NCBI RefSeq assembly: GCF_001194135.2
Contig: NC_068982.1
Coordinates: 172,041,368 to 172,098,241, forward strand
From: Octopus bimaculoides
Lineage: Eukaryota
Length of the DNA: 56,874 bases
Direction of reading: 5' to 3'
Positions 13,150-26,569 of the stretch are shown in pieces. The notes below the pieces were generated by a model. The model had not been told where the DNA came from, searched no databases, and saw only the letters and a program-made list of their open reading frames with translations. How positions within the stretch are numbered: position 1 is the stretch's first letter; the number at the start of each line of letters is the position of its first letter. The translations under genes were made by a program, and so were the position numbers.

Positions 13150-14190
13150 ATTGTAGAAGATATGCCTTTGACAACACTTAGCTAACAGAAAGTCTTTGAC
13201 ACAAATGAGTTAGGGAGGATAATTCAAATATTCGAAGTATATCCAAAACACTTCAAAGAACTTCGAAAAACTTCCGAATAATTTAAAAGATATTCCGCTA
13301 ATGGAGGAACAATATATTCAACCTGTAGGTAGAATAATATTCCATAGCTGCTACATTTTTGAATGACATTTTGAAATGAGTTCATTTCTCGAATTTAATA
13401 AATTGAAAAGAAACTTGAATATAAAAATGTTCTCAGAAGTGCAAGAGTTACACTATTTACAGCCATCGAAATATAGTTTAGCAAAATCGAGCACAGACCA
13501 CAGTATCTGAAAGTTCGTTGTATTAACAACTTTCAGTTTTACACTGTGTTCTTAAAGGATATGTATTTTGCAAACCTACTCTTACGGAAAAGTTCAGTTT
13601 AAACCTAAATGGATAATTTCATGGAAGCCAGCTAATCTCAGTCTGTCCTACAAACGTTTGCGATTGAGTGGATTATGAGTTTTAGTCATCTCAATTTTAT
13701 TGTCATTTAATCTTTCAAGGGCGTAACTAACCATGATTTCTTAGTTTGTTACTTGTGATTAAATTGTTCAGCTTATTAATTCATCTGTAACAGACTTATT
13801 CAAAATTCTTGTTGAAAATCTTATGGCACTTACAACTCAATGAAAATATTTCTTTAATGGACCCAAACTAAATAGAAGTTTTATCATGTTTTATCCAAAT
13901 TTTATCATGCTTACATATTTTTATACAAGACGTAACGAAATCAACCCCGCTTGTGATGGATAATGATATTGACAACATTCTCCAAGAGTATGGGAAATAA
14001 TGGATAGCAGTTGTTTAATTGACACTCTAAGAGTAGAAATGCTTAGCTGTATTCAAGTCTAAGGTAATATCAAAAAGATTAATTACATAGATATCAAATC
14101 TTTAAATACATTAGTAACGTCTTCCCCAGTCTTTCATGCAAATGTTCGTTCACATGGCAGGAAATTAATAGACTATAAACTTGATGAATG
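13150..14190 (-). mobile_element. Highly degenerate hAT (Buster/SPIN, GTF2IRD2-like) transposase remnant
   Basis: Short frame-shifted matches in correct order: LHE.TGEDVTNVFK, QTEISWL (cf. HTEVRWL), ISMAVNSVTLAL (cf. ISQHLNELNLKL). Weak. Confidence 0.4.
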
Positions 14191-14203
14191 CTATGATCTA
14201 TAC

Positions 14204-14346
14204 CACTCATGGGCAACTTGCGGCCAGCGGGTCCTTCTGAATAATACGCTTAACGAAAAATTACCGCTAAATCTTTACCAGTGCGGCCTACCTGATGATG
14301 AGCTATGTCATGTGGCCCATTTCTCGAAAAAATTTGCCCATACCTG
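14204..14346. mobile_element. hAT (Charlie-type) MITE, 143 bp
   Basis: TIRs cactcatgggcaa / caggtatgggcaa; 8-bp flanks atctatac / ttctatat (6/8, NTCTANAN pattern). Confidence 0.7.
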
Positions 14347-14477
14347 TTCTATATAATTGACCTTCCTCCAGGGTGTATCAAAGATACGCACACGCACTCA
14401 CACGTGCACACGCACACACGTGTGTGTGTATGCATATGTATGTACATAGATATTGTGCGCGCGTGTGTATACATTAT

Positions 14478-14532
<55 letters not shown>

Positions 14533-14619
14533 CACACACATATATATACACACACATATATATATATAATCAAATGATACGTCTACATACGTATCATTTT
14601 TAATAGAAGCATGAGAACA

Positions 14620-15780
14620 TTACTCCATTACAAAAACATTTTAGATGGCGTGTTTTCTTCTGTGTTCCGGGATTTCCTAAGCTGTAAATACGCTTTGAAG
14701 TGACAACACTCATTTATTAATTTGTGGTCAATATCGACTTTGTGATGCGATATGATAAGTTTGATACTGTTCTCATCAAATTCTGAGAGAAACTTGAACC
14801 TTTTCGCAATCTGCTCGTATGGGTCCATCCTCTTGCTTAACTGGATTATCAAGCAGTCGTAGGCTACTCGATTTAGAACTTCTATCCTAAATTTTTCAGC
14901 CCCTTTCAAGGAAGCCCTATCACGTGTTCCATCTGCAAATTTCTTTGTAACAATTCGTTTGGAAACATCAGAATAATTTGAGGTGATGCTTTCAGATAAA
15001 CTATTTGCTACTGTTGCATAGTGTGCAATCCTGTCGGCTGAATTTTCTCGTAGTTCTTTAACAAATGAAAGCAAAGATGTTAGCTGAGGACCATAACTTC
15101 TTCCCAAACGACTGTTAAAATAGCATATTCCAAGTTTACCAATTTGTGGTATAAATTCTTTGCATCTCGCTCACATTCGGGCTTCTCTTCTAAGTCTTCA
15201 AACATGTTTGAGAGTTTGTAAAATATCCATACATCCATTTTTAATTGCCCGGACTGTTTCATAATATGCAGACCAATTAGGTACACTTTTGTTACAAAAT
15301 TGCTCATTTTGTATAAGGTGATATTCCAACAATTTTTAAAGTAGAAAAATTGCTTTGTTATTGAACAGCCTGTAAGTCCAAAATTAGGAGGCAAAACCTT
15401 TCATTGGTCATTAAATAATGGTGTGAAAATAAGAATTCTTATCTCTACCGTACTGATGTAGTAGTAGACAAATTTGACAATGGGAGGGGCAGGGCCGAAG
15501 TTTCCAAAATAATTCAAGTGAAGCGAATCATCTGCGAGTTATCTGTACTTTTATTTTTTATGCTACTGCATACCGGCAGAAACAGCAGGTGAACAACTCG
15601 TGGCTAAATTCTGAGTGTCTAGACGCTGCACTAAGACCGGTAACAACAGTCTGCATGGCAAAATACTAAAATACAAAGACTGACAGAATGAAAACATTAA
15701 GTTGCTTCAGAGGGGTCTCTCCGGGATTAGGGGGTCTCCGAGACTTCAGCTTCATTAGCTTTATGGTAGGTCCGCCATTG
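14620..15780 (-). mobile_element. hAT transposon remnant (ZMYM1-like/Tip100-type transposase) with one terminus
   Basis: DAKNLYHKLVNLEYAILTVVWEEV and EKFRIEV..DCLIIQLSKRM..YEQIAKRFKFL; hAT-like end caatggcggacc at 15780; second terminus not found. Confidence 0.72.
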
Positions 15781-16403
15781 GGATCGGCTGAGATCGGCTG
15801 GTAAAAGTATCCTAGTGATCTTTTAACGTAGCATAGGGTTTACGTAAAGCTAAACATTCAATACTTTTATCTGTTTTAATTTGCATTGTTAATGCTTATT
15901 CGCTATTAATTTCCTAGTAAATGCTAGTGTTTATTTTGCTGTGTGCATTTGTAATGGTTTTCGAAAGATTCCAAGAATACGTGTTATTTTTAGTCTTAAT
16001 GTGATTTATTGTCTTATCAGAATGTACAAATATTTGCCAAGGAGTTTTAGCGAGCTAGTGTCTGCTTTTAAAAGCTCTTGAAGCGTGTTCATGTGAGAAA
16101 AGTCTTAGCTTTCACATATATATAGCGAATCAGAACATGCATTATAATATAACGTTTGCAAGCACGTCAGTCGTCTTTTATTTTCTCTTTTCCTTTAGTT
16201 TTTTCTGGAATTGCTAGAAGCTCCAACACCAGGTCAAAATTCTATCTCAAAATATATGGACTTGTGCCTGTGGAAGAAATCATTATTACATTTCGTCTGG
16301 TGCCCTAGCTTTTCATCTACTCGTTTGCCATATGATATATGTGTGTGTGTGCGTGTGTGTGTGAGTGAGAGAGAGAGAGAGCATGTACATATATATATAT
16401 ATA

Positions 16404-16460
<57 letters not shown>

Positions 16461-16931
16461 GTGTGTATGTATATACCCCCTACACACATGCATACATATT
16501 GTCTAAAGTACCAGTCTTGTGAAATTAGGATTCTCAAAACTAGAAAGGAGAAAGCTGATTCGAAAACTACATATCCATTAACAACGGAAGTGGGTAGATC
16601 CGATCGTAGCTATTCCTCGGAATGTGATTTGCGGGACACCAGTATGGCCTACCGACATTTGGTGCTCTTCATTGACGACTTAACCAGGGGCGTTGTCATC
16701 TTATCCCCGCACCGCAGAGGGGACAGAGACTCTCTCACACGGTTTGTCCGATTGACTGATTACGGTGCTTTTAGTTGAGCCATTGTTTGTAACAACCGCC
16801 ACTGATATTATCTTTGCCCCTCATTCCCTCCTTCATTCCATCCCTCCCCTCTCCCCATCCCATCCCTCCTCATCTCCCCATCCCATCCCTCCTCATCTCC
16901 CCTCCCTCATCCCCTCCCCATCCCCACTCGT

Positions 16932-17058
16932 CTCATTTTCAGTATGGACATCAAATCCCTCTACACCATCCACCCTTACGACGGGGACCCCGTGCTCTCA
17001 AACATTTTCTCCATCACACTACTCTCTCTACCAGTACCTCTGCTCTCCTTCGTCTACC
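16932..17058 (+). pseudogene. Penelope-like element RT fragment
   Basis: LIFSMDIKSLYT..(frameshift)RALKHFL..TSALLRL matches the PLE RT motif F.MDV.SLYT.IP..GL.ALK.FL. Confidence 0.65.
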
Positions 17059-17325
17059 CATGTAGTTCTGAAACAGGGTCCACGTGGCCCTTGGAGTCTA
17101 TATGAGATTTTATTGTTAAAAATCTATATTAAGTAAATTGCTTTTACAACTACAGTACACAAAATATTTTAACAATTCTTAAAATACAATTTCCAATAGT
17201 ATTTAACATTAAAAATATAATAGGATTTAAAAATAAAAAAAAACCCACTGAAAGTCAATAAGGTTCCAGTAGAATGAAATAGAAATCAAATGGGTCCTTA
17301 AGCAAAAAATGGTTGAGAACCACTG
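17059..17325. mobile_element. hAT MITE, about 267 bp
   Basis: Right TIR ggttgagaaccactg (cagtggttctcaacc); degenerate left TIR catgtagttctgaaac; no TSD seen. Confidence 0.55.
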
Positions 17326-18768
17326 GGCCGAACTCATGTTCACTGCTAAGTATTTTTCTTGAAAGATGCTCAATGATGCTCTGGACAGAATATGTGACAA
17401 GACATGAACTGTAGTCTCTGGGCTGGTTGCTCGATGTACTATCCTCTCTAAACTGACTATATACTGTAAAATATTTTCCTTCGGTTCTCTTTTGCTAGGC
17501 TCTCATCTATTATATTATATCAGCTAATATTATTTCGAGTCAACGCAAGGCTTCTATTCTGTTACTTGACGTTCTAGAAATAATAACCAAACTTTCCACA
17601 AATTTGATTTTATCGTGTTAAAAAGTATGAATAATTTACATGCAGCATTGTAATGCTAGATACACTAGATCAGAATGACAGATGGAGTGGTGACAGCTGG
17701 AACGTCATTGATCATAGGTTAGCTGTAATCCAATAGATTTATGATCAAAGAAGTTCCGGCTGTCAACAACAACGGCATCGTTTAATTTAAATTTCCATAG
17801 AGGAGGTGTGTGAATGTGACGTTCAATGATTTTTTTTTTCTTTGGTAAGGGGTTTTATTGCCACTGAACCTTGTTTTGAAATCACAAAGCAGCTTCAGTT
17901 TGCCAGTTTCGAACCTTTTGTCATTTACCATCGCTCAACCGTTTGAATCAATATTAATTTATATAAAAGATTATATAATAGATAACGTTATATAATGTAT
18001 ATATTACATGGAAGATTATGTACTACGTATGAAATATTAGAGACATATTTTAATATGCACGCCTACTTCTCAGTCCATTACACAGTTATATGAAATATTC
18101 TAATATTATGTAAAGGAGTATAACCACTTACATCTGTATTTAATCAACCGTACTTTCTTTACGTTGTACGGCCTTGTGCTAAATCTTTTTTAAAAAATCA
18201 ACTGTTATAGCCAAGAATACATCTAAAAATTATATTGCTGAATGTAGGAATGTATTTCCTTTGCATTTCGTTTCACATGTAATTTGAAACCATATTTCGT
18301 ATAATCAATAATTTGCACAGTAGGCACTCTTGCTCAATGCTGGATTATTCGTTTATTTAAAATTTTGAAAGACCGCTCTCCAAGCAAGCAATCGGCCAAG
18401 CAAAGAAACACAAGCAGCACATTGGCCCACATTTTTTTTAGAGTGGTTTCATTCGGGGGATTTTTTTCGATTACTTTAGTGTTTAGTGAAGCCTCCTACA
18501 CTGACATGAATAGGGACCAATAGCAATAGAGTGTTTTGTCAGTGGTGAGTATACAGATATCTTTTACTTTCTGGATTATGTCTTACGAAAATAGATGTCA
18601 AAAACAATGTTGGTAAGTGTATGATAATACGGTGCAGAACTTCACTATATATTAGTGATTTCAATCACACGTATGAATATATAATACGCATACAGTGAAG
18701 TGTATGCATGCTCCATGTATGTATATATGCATGTATGTATGTATATATATATACATATATATATACAT

Positions 18769-18816
<48 letters not shown>

Positions 18817-18818
<2 letters not shown>

Positions 18819-19425
18819 GAGAATTTACGAAAAGAACAACAGACGAGGACAGGTGGTGTAAACANNNNNNNNNNNNNNNNNNNNNNNNNNNNNNNNNNNN
18901 NNNNNNNNNNNNNNNNNNNNNNNNNNNNNNNNNNNNNNNNNNNNNNNNNNNNNNNNNNNNNNNNNNNNNNNNNNNNNNNNNNNNNNNNNNNNNNNNNNNN
19001 NNNNNNNNNNNNNNNNNNNNNNNNNNNNNNNNNNNNNNNNNNNNNNNNNNNNNNNNNNNNNNNNNNNNNNNNNNNNNNNNNNNNNNNNNNNNNNNNNNNN
19101 NNNNNNNNNNNNNNNNNNNNNNNNNNNNNNNNNNNNNNNNNNNNNNNNNNNNNNNNNNNNNNNNNNNNNNNNNNNNNNNNNNNNNNNNNNNNNNNNNNNN
19201 NNNNNNNNNNNNNNNNNNNNNNNNNNNNNNNNNNNNNNNNNNNNNNNNNNNNNNNNNNNNNNNNNNNNNNNNNNNNNNNNNNNNNNNNNNNNNNNNNNNN
19301 NNNNNNNNNNNNNNNNNNNNNNNNNNNNNNNNNNNNNNNNNAACACACACGGAAACGAAAAGTGTCGCTGAAGAGATCACAGACTTATGACGAAAGATTT
19401 CCGGACAATGGACGGGCATTAAAAT
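18817..19425. mobile_element. Possible Penelope-like terminal remnant spanning a gap
   Basis: gctgaagagatcacagacttatgacgaaagatttcc resembles PLE terminal tgaaga...cgaaa motifs; mostly N. Confidence 0.3.
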
Positions 19426-19532
19426 AACAAAATAACAGTAATAAATGAGTGAAGAAAAAATATATAGAACGTGTGTTTATTTAGCAAAAAAAAATAATAA
19501 ATAAATAATAAATAAAATGACTGTCCCGAAGT

Positions 19533-19605
19533 ACAAGAATATCTGTTTCAACACACGATTTCACATCAGGAATCTTGCAAAACGAATTGATAAACTTATA
19601 TATAC
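19533..19605. repeat. Interspersed fragment family F; second copy 44412-44475
   Basis: atatctgtttcaacacacgatttcacatca identical in both. Confidence 0.75.
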
Positions 19606-22057
19606 AAAATTTATCCAAATTGAAGGAGTGGAATGGATAAAGTTTTTTTTTTTTTTTCAAGTTACATCTGCGGAGAGTTAATTTGGAAATTCCAAGCGAC
19701 AATATAATGATGTAAATAAGGTATTCTCGGCCTGATGATTAACTCAATTAAGTATCTCTCGCAGAGTAATTTTTACATTAGATGTAGCCTGGATTTTACC
19801 TGTTCCACTCCCTCCATTTGGGTTTTTATTCCCACTTATAGCAACTCTAATTGCTAACCGTTAAACTTTCATTCCAACGAATTTCTTCGTGGCTTCCTTA
19901 TGGGAAAAAGTGTGTAACTTTCGACGCCAATAAATTAATATTGTTTCTGATCGTACACCATCCACTTTTTGTCTTCTGTATCTGCCACAGTCTGCTTGAA
20001 GCTTACAAACTTCCAGAAATGTAAAGCGGGTGGTACTAATCAGTTAATCAAGGTCATAGATCGCAAAATCAGTTAATGAAGATAATGGATCGCAAAATAA
20101 TGAATAGTTAAAAGGTATATTTAATCTAAAGATATCATTAAACTTAGCGACATCACTCAAAAACTGGTACTAGCAAACACGTTTATATACCAGCAGATAG
20201 CAGGTGCCATATATGACATTTAACGATATCAAAATATTTTAAAATCAGTTACTGACTTTGTTCTCAGAAAAAATATATATATTTACTGTGTTGTATTGTT
20301 TAGTGTATCAAAGGAGAGGTATAGTTAATAAAGTCAAGAGTTACGTATTCATTTACTTAATTTCTATTGGTTAAAATGCACAGATTCATTATTGCAAAAC
20401 TAATAGAATATTTGCTTTAATTAAGATAGATCCAGATAATTATACAAAGAAAATAGTTACCTGACCAGAATCATTGTTTATAAATGTAATACTAAAAGTA
20501 ATCTACATACTTTCACTTATGTACGTTCCATATCTAATCTTAAATTAAGATTACATAATCATCTTCATACATTTAGAAAGAGAGAGATAAATCGAAAACA
20601 ACATCGTTCTCTGCGAAGGCCTAAGTAATTAAAGGAAAAAGTATAGACTTTCATCTAACGTGTAACTTCGCTAAATACACTAAGCTTTATATTAGTGATA
20701 GATATGATTCCAATCTCTGTTGTTTGGAATTGTTGGAAATCAAAATGTGCGGATGAAGCTATTATCAATAGATCTGATGAATTAAGGACCAAATGCCCAT
20801 ATTCTATCTGTAGTATTTTCTTATACTTTATACATATTCTATAAAATCTTTTTCCAGTGCTAGATACGTATCTATAACTCTAGAATATAAACTTCAAATA
20901 TTAGTAATAGGATTCATTGGGTTACATTTAGGTCGACTAGAGTATTCTAAGACTATTAATACTAATAACTTATATTTAAGCTACTTTTGTGTACCATTTG
21001 TTCTAACGACATATACCGATGATTGTAATTTTATATAATTTACAACTTAATAATTTTAACTATATTGTTTCTAACCTTAGGCAGTATCTTATATTTGTTT
21101 CATCCTCCTTGGCTTAGGGCCTTTATGATTCTTTATAATCCTTATATATTCTCTTAACAAATATGGCATTGTAATTCTTTATAATTCTTATAAATGCCAT
21201 TAACATTTTCTTAATACTCCCCATATTTCAAATTATTATTTGTAGTCATATGCCCAATCTACTTAACCTTTATGATTTTAATTGATTTGATTTTTTCTCA
21301 ATTATAATGTGACAATATTGGTTAATGGAAACGTTGGGATTCGTGACTTTCGGGGTTTTTTAATGCGACCATCGGATCTGCTTTTCCTTCTCTATTCTTC
21401 AGTTTCGACTTGTAACTTCATAACAACTATATAATTGATCTCTCTAAATTTCGATATTTAACTAATATAGACTTGTATCTTTTATGTTGACACTAATTGC
21501 GTAACCTATTGTCATTAGTCTAGTATACACATTTGTTTATGCCAGCGCCGTTTTCCTGCCAAAAGTATTGTCCTCTTTCTCAATAAAATTTATGCTATTC
21601 AGTTTCAATTTAAGTATTTATTGGTAAAGATTGTTCACACTGTGATTATTTCTATCTCTATATGTTAATTATTTTTTAATTCCTTTTCCTTTCTTCTTCA
21701 ATTTTCCTCCCTCGCCTCTGAAACTTGCAATAATTAATCTGTGCTCTTAAATAAATAGGAACTAAGTAAATGAATACGTTACGCTTGAATTTATTAATCC
21801 TATCACTCCTTTCATGTACTAAACAATGTAACACAGTATATATATTTTTTTCTGAGAACAAAGTCGGTAACAAACTTCAAAAATATTTTGATAGAATCTA
21901 TCTGCTGGTATGTAAGCTTGTTTTGCCAGTACGAGTTTTTATGAGTGATGTCGCTATGTTTAATGATATCTTTAGATTAAATACGCCTTTTAACTATTTT
22001 ATAACGTACAATCTTATTCTATTGCCCACGCTCTTAATTAACTGATTATAATACTAC

Positions 22058-22261
22058 CTGCTTTAAGTTTCTGAAATGTTAATACTACTGATTCAAATGA
22101 TCGATGGTTGACGAACTGTTGATTCATCAGCATGACATTGTTTATTTTTGTGTCTGGTAAGCCTGATGAATTGGGAATTGCATAACGTATTACATATTCT
22201 TGTGGCTGTTGTGCATACTCTACACCTGGAACCATGTTTACGTCATAGTACAGATATTTCC
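22058..22261 (-). CDS. Internal coding exon of an unidentified host gene (204 nt, phase 1-1): GKYLYYDVNMVPGVEYAQQPQEYVIRYAIPNSSGLPDTKINNVMLMNQQFVNHRSFESVVLTFQKLKA
   Basis: Non-repetitive open frame bounded by acceptor ttgtttcag| and donor gcag|gtagta; length divisible by 3; protein-like composition. Family not recognised. Confidence 0.7.
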
Positions 22262-22339
22262 CTGAAACAATTGTAGTAGAACTAGACAACCTAGTCTTCT
22301 GACTTTGGTGTGTGTGTGTGTGTGTGTGTGAGTGTGTTT

Positions 22340-22402
22340 GTGTGTGGTGGGAGTCCGTGCGTGTGTGGTGGGAGTCCGTGCGTGTGTGGTGGGAGTCCGT
22401 GC
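22340..22402. repeat. 21-bp minisatellite (gtgtgtggtgggagtccgtgc) x3
   Basis: Three identical units. Confidence 0.95.
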
Positions 22403-22404
22403 GT

Positions 22405-23045
22405 GTGTGCACGTGGCTTTTGGGTAGAGTGTTGCACTTGTAGTTGTAAGATTAAGGTTTCCGCTTCTGGACCGATCGATGCTTTGAATTCTTGAGGAAA
22501 ACACTTTATTTCACGTTGCTCCAATCCACTGAGCTGAGAGAATGGATAACCCTGCGATAAACTGGTGTTCCGTCTAGAGTAGGGTGGGAATTTATGCCAC
22601 TGAATTTGGGAAACCAGCCTTATGTTGTTAGCACTCCGTCGCTTACGACGTCGAGGGTTCCAGTTGATCCGATCAACGGAACAGCCTGCTCGTGAAATTA
22701 ACGTGCAAGTGGCTGAGCACTCCACAGACACGTGTACCCTTAACGTAGTTCTCGGGGATAATCAGCGTGAAACAGTGTGACAAGGCTTACCCCTTTGAAT
22801 TACAGGCACAACAGAAACAGGAAGTAAGAGTGAGAGAAAGTTGTAATGAAAGAGTACAGCAGGGTTCGCCACCATCCCCTGCCGGAGCCTCGTGGAGCTT
22901 TAGGTGTTTTCGCTCAATAAACACTCACAACGCCCGGTCTGGGAATCGAAACGGCGATCCTATGACCGCGAGTCCGCTGCCCTAACCAGTGGGCCATTGC
23001 GCCTCCACAACCAGCCTTAAGATACTATGGATCAGGAATGAGTTT
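22405..23045 (+). mobile_element. Older tRNA-headed SINE (family D, V-domain-like core) interrupted by SINE C
   Basis: Degenerate tRNA head, cactttatttcacgttgctccaatccact and ccctgcgataaactggtgttccgtcta (cf. V-SINE cctgcgatggactggcg..gtccagg). Confidence 0.5.
22623..23008 (-). mobile_element. SINE family C, full length
   Basis: A-box tggcccactggttagg, B-box gtttcgattcc; TSD aaccagcctta. Confidence 0.92.
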
Positions 23046-23439
23046 TTGATTCTTTACACACGCGCGCACGCGCATGCACACACACACACACAGAGTTGCA
23101 ATGTTCGTAGTTGGAGGCTATTTTCTGAGGAGCAAAAATGATGTTGAAGCAGAGAAGGAAGATGGAAGGAAGGGCAGTAGCAGAATAGCGGCGTCGATGA
23201 CAACGATGAGGATATCACGAACAAATGGTATAGAAACAAACGCAGCAAAGTAAATATAGAAATACATAACTTCCTTTCCTCCATTCGTAGTTACATCCTG
23301 GCTTCTTGGCATCTAAATCATTTGCTGCAGAATTCTTAAAACACCTTAACATAACTTCCGGTGCACCTCACTTACTATCGAGGTAATAGGTGTTGGATGC
23401 AGCAGAGCTTACTGACGTGCGAACAACCAACGATAGAAC

Positions 23440-24930
23440 GCTATGTTAATGGTGGTGGCGGTGGTGATAGCAGTGATGGTTGATAGTGGTGGTTGTTGTT
23501 GTGGTGGTGGTGNNNNNNNNNNNNNNNNNNNNNNNNNNNNNNNNNNNNNNNNNNNNNNNNNNNNNNNNNNNNNNNNNNNNNNNNNNNNNNNNNNNNNNNN
23601 NNNNNNNNNNNNNNNNNNNNNNNNNNNNNNNNNNNNNNNNNNNNNNNNNNNNNNNNNNNNNNNNNNNNNNNNNNNNNNNNNNNNNNNNNNNNNNNNNNNN
23701 NNNNNNNNNNNNNNNNNNNNNNNNNNNNNNNNNNNNNNNNNNNNNNNNNNNNNNNNNNNNNNNNNNNNNNNNNNNNNNNNNNNNNNNNNNNNNNNNNNNN
23801 NNNNNNNNNNNNNNNNNNNNNNNNNNNNNNNNNNNNNNNNNNNNNNNNNNGGTTGTGGTTGTGGTTGTGGTGGTGGCGGTGGTGGTGGTGGTGGTGGTGG
23901 TGGTAGTAGTGATAATGATAGTTCTTGTCGTTGTTGTTGTTGGTAGTGATGTTTGTAGTAGGGGTGCTGTTTGCGGTGGTAGTGATGATGGTGGTGGTAG
24001 TGGCTGTAGTGGTGGTTGGTTTTGGTGGTGAGTTTGGTTATAGTGGGTTGCTGATCGTTACGTTAGGGGTGATGCTCGTGGTGGTAATGATGATGATGAT
24101 GGCGTTACTGGTTGTTATGGTGAGGGTGATGATGTTGGTAACAGTGGTGGTGGTAGTGGTAGTGGTGATGGTGGTGTTGGTGGTGGTGGTGTTGCCGGAT
24201 TGGTGCCGATTCTGTGCAGGTGTGAGTAGAGGGGGGTTTGGGTTGAGGTGAATATTAGAATGTGATAGGTGAGGAGATAGGAGAATAGGTAGGTAGGTAT
24301 GCAGGTAGGTAGGTAGGTAGGTAGGTAGGTAGGTAGGTAGGTAGGTAGGTAGGTAATTAGGTGTATGGGTTGGTGGGTGACTATAGGATTAGTATTGCGA
24401 GGAGGAAGTGTAGAGGAGTGTGGGTGTTTAGGTTGGTGGAAGGTGGGGAAGATTAGCAGCATTCATATATATATATGTGTATATGTTCGAATAGGCGTGT
24501 GTGTATGCGTGTGTATGTCTATGTGTTTATGTGTATCCGTATATGTATATGTCTATGTATGTGTATGTGCGTACATGTTTGTTTGTATGTATGTGTGTGC
24601 TTGTGCGTGTATATGTGTGTGCATGTGTGCGCCCGTATATTTGTGTATGTGTCTGTGTGTGTGGGGNNNNNNNNNNNNNNNNNNNNNNNNNNNNNNNNNN
24701 NNNNNGGGGGGGGGGGGTGTATGCATGCATGTCTGTGAGCGAATATCTGCCGTTGTGCGTATGTGTGTGCATGTGTACATGTGTGTGTGTGTATATGTAT
24801 ATGCGTGTATGCGTATGTCTGTGTATATTTCTGTGTTTTTATACGTGCATATATGTGTGCGTGTATGTGTGTGTGTGTGTGTGCGTGTATGTGTGTGTTT
24901 GTGTGTTTGTGTGTGTGTGTGTGCGTGCAT
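23440..24930. repeat. Decayed (GGT)n/(GAT)n, (GGTA)n and (GT)n low-complexity block with gaps
   Basis: Read directly. Confidence 0.9.
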
Positions 24931-26127
24931 CGAGTAGGGAGTGGTGAGCGATTGATACTTTTGATTCAAGGAAATGAACTGGAAGGCAAAGTATTTTGTT
25001 NNNNNNNNNNNNNNNNNNNNNNNNNNNNNNNNNNNNNNNNNNNNNNNNNNNNNNNNNNNNNNNNNNNNNNNNNNNNNNNNNNNNNNNNNNNNNNNNNNNN
25101 NNNNNNNNNNNNNNNNNNNNNNNNNNNNNNNNNNNNNNNNNNNNNNNNNNNNNNNNNNNNNNNNNNNNNNNNNNNNNNNNNNNNNNNNNNNNNNNNNNNN
25201 NNNNNNNNNNNNNNNNNNNNNNNNNNNNNNNNNNNNNNNNNNNNNNNNNNNNNNNNNNNNNNNNNNNNNNNNNNNNNNNNNNNNNNNNNNNNNNNNNNNN
25301 NNNNNNNNNNNNNNNNNNNNNNNNNNNNNNNNNNNNNNNNNNNNNNNNNNNNNNNNNNNNNNNNNNNNNNNNNNNNNNNNNNNNNNNNNNNNNNNNNNNN
25401 NNNNNNNNNNNNNNNNNNNNNNNNNNNNNNNNNNNNNNNNNNNNNNNNNNNNNNNNNNNNNNNNNNNNNNNNNNNNNNNNNNNNNNNNNNNNNNNNNNNN
25501 NNNNNNNNNNNNNNNNNNNNNNNNNNNNNNNNNNNNNNNNNNNNNNNNNNNNNNNNNNNNNNNNNNNNNNNNNNNNNNNNNNNNNNNNNNNNNNNNNNNN
25601 NNNNNNNNNNNNNNNNNNNNNNNNNNNNNNNNNNNNNNNNNNNNNNNNNNNNNNNNNNNNNNNNNNNNNNNNNNNNNNNNNNNNNNNNNNNNNNNNNNNN
25701 NNNNNNNNNNNNNNNNNNNNNNNNNNNNNNNNNNNNNNNNNNNNNNNNNNNNNNNNNNNNNNNNNNNNNNNNNNNNNNNNNNNNNNNNNNNGCGGTGGTG
25801 GTGGTGGTGGTGGTGGTGGTGGTTGGTGGTGGCAGCAACGGTGTTGAAACAACCTCATTCCGAAACAAACTTCCATCATCAACCCCACCACCTCTACTCA
25901 CCAATCCCTCTACCCTGTCCTTCGCTACATACCTACAGAAGTACCTAACAGCTAACTAACCCTCACACCAAAACAAAACTAACATGGGGCGAAAGGTTGG
26001 GGTGGGGGTGGGTAGGCAGAGGAAAATTGATCTCCGTGATATTAGTAATCAACAACATTATAAGAAAACAATAATTACTAAAATAATTGCCAATTGGCAC
26101 ACCACCAATAATTGTTACTAAAATATT

Positions 26128-26212
26128 TACGTCTCTTCCTGTTCTGGGGTCAAATACCACCTAGGTCAACTATGCCTTTCATCTCTCCGGGAATCGATAA
26201 GATAAAGTACCA
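26128..26212 (+). mobile_element. SINE family B core fragment
   Basis: ggtcaactatgcctttcatc..tcgataagataaagtacc. Confidence 0.6.
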
Positions 26213-26532
26213 TTCTAATCGTCTGTACTCTACGTAACGAGGCTGGACTTTTGAATTGCAGATACAAACCATGCAATGGGGATGATGTGTGGAGTTCCCA
26301 TCATGAGGATTGGAGAAACTCAAAGTTACGGAGGTGACGCCTGCAGTGGGATTGAACTTGAGATCTTAGGATTACAAATTAAGCCATCCCTGCTTTACTA
26401 CACATGCACATACATACACGCACCACACACTCACACATATACATACACATATACATATACATACATTTTATCATATTACATATATGCGTGTGCGTGTGTG
26501 TGCGTGCGCGTGTATATGTGTGTATCTATCTA

Positions 26533-26569
<37 letters not shown>

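Noticed and set aside
19800-20490. Short minus-strand donor-bounded frames (IRVAISGNKNPNGGSGT; ITFINNDSGQ)
   Set aside because: Weak acceptor or incompatible phase; expected by chance in 13 kb of intron.
22058-22261. Faint resemblance of YVIRYAIP..TIEDYL to STING-like motifs
   Set aside because: Only a few residues match and spacing differs; no gene symbol justified.
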